DNA of 64,000 bases from Eledone cirrhosa (lineage: Eukaryota), in assembly GCA_964016885.1 (NCBI GenBank), contig OZ024742.1, positions 160,828,001-160,892,000 of the forward strand. The letters are read 5' to 3'. The position numbers and the translations under genes were made by a program. Shown here in pieces: positions 55,187 through 64,000 of this stretch. The notes beneath the pieces were generated by a model. It was not told where the DNA came from and did not search any database. It saw only the letters and a list, made by a program, of their open reading frames with translations. Position 1 is the stretch's first letter. Each line of letters starts with the position of its first letter.

Positions 55187-56418
55187 TATAAAATGTAGTA
55201 TATTTACTTAAGGTATTTGACTATTTATGAAACTTGGCGATAAATCTTTCGATTCCTTCAATTTTTTTTTTTTTTAAACCTTTCTGCATGAATATATAAT
55301 TAATGAGATTAAATAAACTACCCTAAAATTGGCGTTGTTCCCAATCTTTTGAATAAATTTTTAAGCTGGATAAACTTCTATAATAAATATAAGAGCATTT
55401 GTAGAATAAGTTTTGAATGATTTCTGCTAAATAAGGCTTGGTGAACAATTTTGGTTTTGTTTGCTTTTGATTCTGATTCTATGTGACCGATATGCGTGGC
55501 ATACTATGTTCTCTTGCGTCCCTAGATACTCTGTGGAGTGACGAAGATATTCTTGGCGTTTTTAATTTTAATATTGATATCTGTTGTCTACTCTATGCTT
55601 GATCGATGATCATGCAAGTGAGGCTGAAATGTTATTTTAGATGTTAATGTATATCTTATATATTTTATGTCTTTATATATGTATATATGTATGTAAATGT
55701 ATGTAGGGTGGAATCTTTTGTAACGCATTGAAGTTTTTCATGAAATATAAGAATCTGTGCAGCGTATCACGTAGGTTCACATGTGCGTCTATATTTATCA
55801 ACTTGAATTTGAGATAACCTTCTCTTTTCTCTTTTTTTTTTCACGAGAATGCATATATACTTATGTTTGAAGTTTTATCTCAGATTTTGCTTATAGACCT
55901 AAGAATTTTTAAACTGAGCATGTGGTCATTTTTTCACACATTATGGATATGTGTCTCATTCATGAATACTGATATTTACATTATAATACCTAATTCATAA
56001 AAATTGATAATTCAAATGGATGAGACATAATATATTTTTAATATATTTTAAATATAGCATCTTTCTTTCTTTTTCTCCTATACACTAGTTTAACTGTATC
56101 CCTTCCCTTAACCTCTCACATATACGGTGATCATCTGTCCAAAGGCAGCCTACTATATTTTTTTTTCACCTCCTCAATGTATTTCTCTCTATCATATCTC
56201 CTTGTCTCTCTATCTCGCTCCGTTGTTTTTCTTTACATACATCTCTTCATCTTCTTCTTTTCTTTATTTACATACATCTCTTCATCTTCTTCTTCTCATC
56301 TTCGTTTTTCTTTCTATATAACTGTCATAACAGTTTCACTACCAAATCAACTTTTTAAATGGAAGTTGCATTATTACAAGGTATGTCACTAATTATTTAT
56401 AAAACAGCTTATGTATTG

Positions 56419-56484
56419 TATTTTGTCTGAGGAAGGCATACCATATTTTTAATATGATATCCCAGAAATATATATAACGAAATA
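56419..56484 (+). ncRNA. Type I hammerhead ribozyme (right arm)
   Basis: tattttgt CTGAGGA a-gg-c-ata-c-catat-tttta-atatg-a-tat-c-cc-a GAAA tatata TA acgaaata. 8-bp stem I and palindromic stem III ATATATAT. Confidence 0.78.
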
Positions 56485-56544
56485 AATATGGTTTTATAAA
56501 TATAGTTTCCATTTGTTTAATATCGTATATATATATATATATAT

Positions 56545-56793
56545 AGAAGTGGTAACACAACAGTTAGTTCACCATACCGAGAATAATTGTTTCACTTTAG
56601 CGGATCTTCAGCTCGTACTGGTCATGGTTATACGGAACAGTATAACAGTATAACCATGACCAGTACGAGCTGAAGATCCGCTAAAGTGAAACAATTGTTC
56701 TCGGTATGGTGAACTAACTGTTGTCTTACCACTTCTACCTAACTCGTCCCATGGACTGAGTGTTCTACCACTACGTATATTACCTTCCAGTGT
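56545..56793. mobile_element. Small fold-back PLE end: 88-bp arms, 57-nt tail, decayed hammerhead at 56666-56703
   Basis: 56545-56632 / 56649-56736. cgag CTGAAGA ... GAAAC aatt GTT ctcg, with poor stem II. Confidence 0.7.
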
Positions 56794-56818
56794 TCTCTCT
56801 CTCTCTCTCTATCTATCT

Positions 56819-56869
56819 AGCTTCCTGATGATTTCTCACGAATGAAACAGTTCTAGTCCTGTAGAAGCT
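56819..56869 (+). ncRNA. Canonical type I hammerhead ribozyme in a 135-bp PLE end fragment (to 56952)
   Basis: agcttc CTGATGA t-ttc-tcac-gaa-t GAAAC ag-ttctagtc-ct GTA gaagct, followed by a tail with gtattgagtact and then (TA)n. Confidence 0.85.
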
Positions 56870-56949
56870 TTTCTATATTAAACATTTATACTCTGCCTTG
56901 TATTGAGTACTTTACTTACTGTGGTTACCCCCGATTGAACCCGAGATAA

Positions 56950-57017
<68 letters not shown>

Positions 57018-57634
57018 GATTAAGCCAGTATTAAATTAGTTAAACCAGTATTCAACTGAGTACTCGATACTTGGGATAGTGGAGTGTGACTATATTAGAA
57101 AGAGTCAGGGTCCGACGGCTGAGTTCCATTTCTTAGAGGGTTCTAAACCCCACTATATCAGGATAAAATTTCTTTAGTCAAAAATACGGCGAAAGTTTCT
57201 ATTTCTATTTTCAAACAAACTTACTTGATATAAATATGCTCCTAAATATGTTTTTATATGGTTGAAAGGTTTTGGCTGCTATTTCTAGCTATCAATATAC
57301 CTTTCACGTGACCGGGACAATGGTTTAAAACGATGTACGTTTTTCTTCTCTACCGGATTTTTATTAGAAGTGTGAGTTCATAGTTATATCGACTTCTCAC
57401 TGATAATCCATGAATTTGGCTATTGAACTCCATCATTTAATTGGTGAATCATATTCTTAAGCAATAATAGAATATGTATGAGAGGATATGAATAATTACA
57501 GAATGTCAGGTAATTTATATATGCCGGCTTTTGGAATTATATGTTCTTACATCCCTTACACATTATCACCTGTTAATGTTTGATATATTTATGTATATCT
57601 TAATCGTTTTTTTAATTATATATATATATATATA

Positions 57635-57741
57635 GGAAAAGGTATGACCCCGGGGTCATACTTTTTCCTATTTCCCACTCTACTACCCTAAGTATTGAGT
57701 ACTCTGGTGCGTTATGGTCCATCTGGTTCCTTCTCACAATT

Positions 57742-57746
<5 letters not shown>
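57635..57746 (+). mobile_element. Minimal fold-back PLE end (14.5-kb family)
   Basis: ggaaaaggtatgacccc/ggggtcatactttttcc hairpin, then a gtattgagtact tail; (TA)n on both sides. Confidence 0.7.
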
Positions 57747-57826
<80 letters not shown>

Positions 57827-59341
57827 CCTGACCGCGGCGCCAAGTGGTTTCAGCTATATATAGTGCCCTCTTGTGTCCCCTCATATACCGTATATCAAAT
57901 GCAGTGAGTTTTACATTGACAACACGATCTGGCCATTGCGCATCTGTGTCAAGAAATGTCTCAGCATAAACTCATTGTCTTTCAAGAAATATACGAACTA
58001 TTGTCTTACAAGAAATACTGAAACACCAATGAAGGCTTTGCAGTTACCATCAAAGCAATGAACCGTCACATCAGCAATTTACCTACAAAAAATCCATTCT
58101 TATAAGAAAAAAGTAGCTCTCTAATAACTGAATGAGGGAGAGCCTGCAACTATTATAGATTGATAAATAATTCTCTCGCCCCTTTATCTCCTTCACTCTC
58201 CCTCTTTCTCTCCCTCCCACGCTCTCCCCCTTTTACTCGTCCTCTTTTCTCTTTTTCTCGTCTCTCTCTCTCTTTCGCACTCACACATACACACACCCTT
58301 ATCTCTCTCTCTTTCTCTCTTGTACACTGAACACCTTTGAGTCACCATGCATCATATCGTAGCACTTGACATAATTCTCTCACAAATTCATCGTACATCT
58401 CTGGTACTGATAACCATTGTAACACAAGCGACACGTGGTCTTTTGACTCCTCCTAATTTGATACACCACTACAATGGATATACAATAATATTTCTATTGT
58501 ATTCTCTTAAGACATTTCAAAAGGCATATTTACACAAAATATATCAGGACCAATTATATATTTCTATGGTAAATGTTTCAATATATTTGTTATTGTTATT
58601 TTATATATTTAATTTTAAATTTTTAATCTGCATTGCTGTAGCCTACTATTACACATGCGTGCTTGCACTACCACCCCCACACACATTACACACACACATA
58701 TATATACTATTTCTAATTCTTCATTTTTTATACTTAATTGCAACAACACAGCTCGCCATTTTTTATTCATATATGCTTTCCCCTTCGCTGTGACCTGTCT
58801 TTTTTCTCTTCCCTTGCAGCTCTCCTCTTTCTCTCTCTCTCTCTCTCCTTCTCCCTCTTACTTTCACTCATCCCCCCTGATAGTCACCCTCTCTCGGCTA
58901 GCCTCTTCCTCGCACTTTCACTTACTCACTCTCTGCTACTCACCCTCTCTCTCACTTCCTCCATCGTCCCACACCGTACCCGGTCTTTCTTCTAGCTCAC
59001 ATCAGTACGGTTAAGATGTGTCTTTGTTCTCCTCCTCAAAATTCGCCCGTTCTTATGTTCGAAATGAATTATTGACTTGATTTTTTTCATTTGTTCCTCT
59101 CTTTACGTTGCCCCACCATTCGTGTCTGTTTACATGTCTTTCTCTTTCTCCACCCAACTCTTTTTATCCCAATAACTTATTTTAGTTATTGTATCGCCCT
59201 AGATGGAGGTATATTGTCTGTAATGCGAAGGAATACCTATGATGCCTAGTAGACAACTGATGATGGATATTCCTAACTTCTATTTCTAATTCTTCATTTT
59301 TTATACTTAAATGCAACAACACAGCTCGCCATTTTTTAATT

Positions 59342-59436
<95 letters not shown>

Positions 59437-59641
59437 GTGTGAATATATATATATATTGGTAGATAGATAGGTAGATAGATAGATTGATAGATAAAGATTT
59501 TACCAGCTTTAACCTAGTAAGACAATTATTCAGTAGAGTACTCAATACTTGGAATAGTAGAATGTAACTATATTAGACTGCAAATTCCTGTCTGGAATTT
59601 GCTGACGAAACAGCAAAAGTTCAACCTTCGGGCCCCGACTC

Positions 59642-59679
<38 letters not shown>

Positions 59680-59683
<4 letters not shown>

Positions 59684-59878
59684 AGAATCAGGACCCAGAC
59701 GGCTGAGCTACGGCTGTTTCGACAGCGAGATCCGAACAGTTCGGATCTCGCTGTCGAAACGGCCGGAGCTAAGCCGTCGGGGTCTTGATTCTTTTAATAT
59801 TACCCACTCTACTACCCTAAGTATTGAGTACTCTGGTGCGTTATGGTCCACCTGGGTATCGTATCACACCCTCTTTGT

Positions 59879-59879
<1 letters not shown>
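59680..59879 (+). mobile_element. Fold-back PLE end (14.5-kb family)
   Basis: 57-bp arms centred at 59738 holding the hammerhead 3' half. Tail 59796-59879; (TA)n flanks. Confidence 0.7.
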
Positions 59880-59910
<31 letters not shown>

Positions 59911-60299
59911 TATAGGTATACGCGTGCACACACGCCAAACACATACGCACACACTCGCACACACACACACACACACAGACACACACACATATATATATAT
60001 ATATGGGGGGGGGGGGTATGTATCATCCTAGATATGACGATAGTCTATCACAAGTCACTTTCCCAGAAATGGGAACTATTAGATGACGTGAGGTATGTAG
60101 AAGTAATTAATTAAAACCCTAGATATAACGAAAGGTTTGCGGCAATATTCAGCTAAGGAACAGTTAACTGTATGACAATGTAAAAAATTGTTAGGTTACA
60201 CTAAATGCAAATTATTAATAGTATAGCGTTAAAGTTTGAATTTATTGGCTTATTATTGAGTTGTTATATTTTATGTTTAATCAGAAAATGATGTGTAAA

Positions 60300-61010
60300 G
60301 CAGAGGTGAAACTAGAGAGCGTGAGAGCAATAGAGAAAATATATGGGAGGAGAGGTGGAGAGAAGAAAAGGAGAGTGGTAGGGGGGATAAAGAAGAGAAA
60401 GGTAAGAGAGAGAGAGAGGAAGGGGAGAGATGAATAAGTGAAGGTGCTTCAGGGAGAAAGAGAGGACGAAAGAGAAGGTAGAAATAAAGAAAGGAAAGAG
60501 AACGAAGCTGGAGAAATAATGATAACGAGGTTGAGGGGAGAGTGGGAAAATAAAAAGAGAGATTGTGAGAAAGAGAGAGGAGGGAGATAAAGAGGAGAGC
60601 CTAAGGTAGAAAGAAAGAGTGGGTGAGAAATATAGAAGAGAAAGTGCAGAGGGAAAGCAGAGCAAGATATTTAAGGAGAGAGAAAAAGAGGGAAAGAGAT
60701 AAAGAAGTGAGAGAGCTTGAGAGAGGAGGGGTATAATGAGAGGATTGAGATGAAGAAGAGAAAAAAGAATTAGAGGAGAGAAAAGGGAAGAGAAGAGGGG
60801 AGAGACATAAAGAATAGAAAGAGCTTAAGGAAGAGAGAAAGATAAGAGAGCGTTAGAGAAGAGAAAGATCTTGAGAGAGGGAGAGAAAGGAAAAGAAAAG
60901 GAAAGAAGGTTAGAAACGAAAGAGTTTGAGAGAAAGACAGTGAGAATGAAAGGGATGATGAGAAATTAAAAAGAGAGTGGGAGAAAGAGACAGAAAGTGT
61001 GTAGGGGAAG
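60300..61010. repeat. Purine-rich (GA-rich) low-complexity tract
   Basis: Direct inspection. Confidence 0.85.
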
Positions 61011-61560
61011 GTAGTACGTTGTTAGAGTAAATAGACATAATCTATTTGTGAAGGTGCGTTAAACAAACAACCCAACGTAATAGCGCTAACGGGTGACTAC
61101 TAATAATGTAGTATTTCCTGCCTCTAGCTCTATATATTCTGTGATCTGTTAATGGAAACTAAACATTACATTACAACTAATAGTTTAACTGCAACACGAA
61201 AACATTTACAGATAAATTGTCAGATATACAACAGTAAATTCCAAGAGACCGTAGTTGTTTGTTTAATTGTTGTTGTGTTTTTTGTTTTTTCTTTTGTTTT
61301 TTATAGTTTTTTATTTTTTTATTTTTAATGGTTTCATTCTTCCTAATCAGTATTATCCTGGTGTATCACTATCATCGCCATTATCACCGGCAGCACCGGC
61401 AGCACAGGCAGCAGAATTATTTTCATCATCAATATTGTTATCAAAAACATCATTATCGTTATTATTATTAACTGGATTGGAAGTATCGGTAGAGGGTCGG
61501 ACGCCATGCTTTGCAGCATAGAGTTACGGCCCTTTTCAAATCCCGCCGTGGTTAACTTTG

Positions 61561-62074
61561 CCTTTCATCCTTCCAGGGTTAGTAAAATAAAATACCAGTC
61601 AAGCACTGAGGATGTTTAATCAACTTAGACCTTCCCCTTGCGCAGAAATCAATATTAAGAGTAGTGAAAAGAATAAGGATGTCACGTCTAAAAATATTTC
61701 AGATAAGCGCCATATCACCTGTAAGGAAAGTTCTAAAGGTCCTAAGGAATAAATAAATCCAAGCATTTATCATAAAATTAAAAAAACAATTGACATATAC
61801 ATAAATATACCAAACATTAACAGGGGATAATTTGTAAAGGATATAAATATAAATAGAAGCATTCGCCGAAATTTTTACTAAAGAAATTTTAGCCTTACAG
61901 TGGGGTTTAGAACCCTCTAAGAAATGGAAAATAATGAGTATTGACGACTCATCTTTTCCAATTTCTTAGAGGGTTCTAAACCTCACTATCAGGCTAAAAT
62001 TTCTTTAGTCAAAAATACGGTGAAAGCGTCTATTTCTATTATATATATATATAGTAGTGGTAACACAATAGTTA
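61561..62074 (+). repeat. Ectopic copy of 52193-52675 joined to 56545-56566, embedded in a family A SINE (61473-62137)
   Basis: High identity over about 480 bp, then (TA)n, then agtagtggtaacacaatagtta (20/22 match to 56545-56566). The SINE resumes at 62075. Confidence 0.85.
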
Positions 62075-62459
62075 CGCACTGGGGTCAATTTAATCGACTT
62101 TCTCCTCCCCCAAAATTGCTGAAACCATTATTATTAATTTGATTGGCAGTATCGGTAAAGCGTTGGACAATATGCTTTACGGAATAGAGTTACAACCCTT
62201 TACGTTGTAATAGGAAAATCCCAGACCAACGTCAGCGTTGTGTTGGAAGCTGTGGAGAAAAAAACGTTAATGGGCAGGTGTATTTCGATGAATTAAAAAA
62301 AAAAATGAACTAGCCGCACAATCCGACATTTCTGAAAGAAATCATGCCGGATAGTCATTATGTCGCAAGGGTTAAACAGTTTGGGAACATTTCGGTGATC
62401 TTCAAGAGTAAAGCCCCTGACATAAAACACTCTTGGATCTCCTGCAAAATGAGCTAATA

Positions 62460-63000
62460 TATATTATTCCCGTGTTATTTGGGAAGAAGATTTAATTTCA
62501 GTATTTCCAGATATCCTGCGAAAGTTAGACATCTGGTGGATCTTGGCATACGTTGTCCTTACGATCTAAAAAGAACCTGGAGGGAAAACTGGTCTGGGAT
62601 CAGTTTCCAGATCATTCTCCACATAAAACCGGGGAAGCTGGACAAAATTGTGGATCTAATTAACCCTCCAGGTAGTGTGAACCTACGCGTCATCATTGAG
62701 AACAAAAAGCCTAATGTCATCTGTGTGATGAAATAAACCACCTAAGAGTTTTCTGCCTTCAACAGAAAATAGCAGGGAACCACAGAGCTTCATTGTTGCC
62801 AACACAACGGCCCTAACAACAACAAAACCAACTTCAACGGCACCAGCAGCAGCGAAGGCGGCCCCACCACAACCACCACCATCGGCGAAGAGCATAAACG
62901 AACTCACCCAGGGTGTTTCCCAACCAAGCTCTCCCTCCCCCTCCTTCGAACACAAACTCACACAGACCCTCACAGAAACAGAAACACACTCCCACCCATA
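62460..63000 (+). pseudogene. L1/Tx1-type ORF1 remnant with zinc knuckle
   Basis: LRVIIENKKP, then a frameshift into CHLCDEINHLRVFC (Cx2Cx4Hx4C, 62715-62756), followed by a Thr/Pro/Ala-rich stretch. Confidence 0.65.
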
Positions 63001-63489
63001 TCCGAGACAAATTCCGAAGACACCGGTACCTCCTCAGGTTGAAGTGAGTGAAGATGAGGGGGTAGCTCCCCCCCCCCCCCCAAAAAAAAAAACATAAAAA
63101 AATATCTTACCTCATACGAACACACGCCAGAAAACACTAGTATCAAATACAGACAAATCCATAACAACTTCAACCCCACCAACACTACAACTGCCCATTC
63201 AAACACCGCCACCACCACCACCATCAACAACAATACTACCACAAAAAGAAAGCATACAAAAACAAAAATCAGCCATACAGACACTGATCTTTGTGCTAGT
63301 GTGGAGGGACACTGAAGAACTGATATCCCTCATAACACGAAGTGATGATGTTGAATGAAAGAGGGAAATCTTTGGCACCAGCACCTATAAAGTGCCACAA
63401 ACTCTTCTGATAGTGACATGTCTCTCGAGACTTATAAAAACATAAGGAGGCACTTCCCTAACGACGTGAGAACTCTATGTAAAAGCCAG

Positions 63490-63930
63490 GTTACTAGATA
63501 TAGATGTGACAGCCGTCAGCAAGATTAGGATTTCCAACACCCGTACTCTAACCCCATTTTTTGACAACTTTGAGATCTACACATCTCTTAGGCATACTGG
63601 AATGGAAGGAGGGAAGGCAGTACTGTTCAGGAAAAGCTTGGGTCTCGAGGAACCTGAAGGTGTAATAATAGTCCTGGATTTAAACAATTGTGAAGGTGGT
63701 GTTTTTACACTGGTAGACGTTAATGTCCCGACTGGGTCAAGACCCCTAGTTTCGTTCAGGCGTCTGGAAGTCTTTCTTCGAATTTCGGGGAGACGGAAAT
63801 GGTGGCGAACTATAGTTTTCCTACCTCGACATCTTGCCGCGACTCTCGACGGAAGATGCAGAGTGATGCGAAAGGCCGATCTCCCCAGTCGAGATACTTG
63901 CAGCTATGTGAAGCTGTACGAAGCGTAGAT
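63490..63930 (+). pseudogene. APE-type endonuclease remnant of LINE ORF2
   Basis: DVTAVS.IR, GGKAVLFRK, PEG.IIVLD and TLVDVNVP match decayed APE motifs; lies downstream of the ORF1 remnant. Confidence 0.65.
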
Positions 63931-64000
63931 TGCCCAGTTTGAATGGTTTACTTTATGAGGTTTTTGTAGCTATGCTAAACTTGTTCGCCGATGTCTTTGC

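Larger units (their letters stand above)
52696..56527 (+). mobile_element. Naiad-type PLE as a 3.8-kb palindrome: 1.54-kb near-identical inverted arms, 655-nt coding spacer, 89-nt tail on the left
   Basis: 52785-54327 is the reverse complement of 54983-56527. The C-terminal endonuclease part is duplicated (54124-54312 minus). (TA)n on both flanks. Confidence 0.9.

Overview
AT-rich eukaryotic repeat landscape with no recognisable host protein-coding gene. The SINE families and the (TA)n/(CA)n/(GA)n density suggest a coleoid cephalopod such as Octopus (inference). Decayed autonomous-type elements: an R4/Dong-clade non-LTR retrotransposon (RT plus restriction-like endonuclease) ending in (TAA)n at 1.1-4.6 kb; three Naiad-type Penelope-like elements (PLEs; CxCx5Cx5C linker plus GIY-YIG, one with RT); two L1/Tx1-type fragments; and RTE fragments. 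There are also about 25 tRNA-derived SINEs and several TA-flanked MITEs. The dominant hidden pattern is a system of at least 10 fold-back (tail-out palindromic) insertions anchored in (TA)n, from several mutually dissimilar families. Most carry a type I hammerhead ribozyme near the outer arm end, including core variants (U3-A8, U4A, an 8-nt core). One arm of each carries an extra 3' tail, and many tails share a TTGAGT(A/G)CT motif. A 494-bp non-coding hammerhead tandem dimer looks retrozyme-like. A 0.5-kb copy at 61.6-62.1 kb preserves the pre-insertion state of the 52.7-56.5 kb PLE site. All folds and alignments were done by eye, so boundaries are approximate to a few bases.
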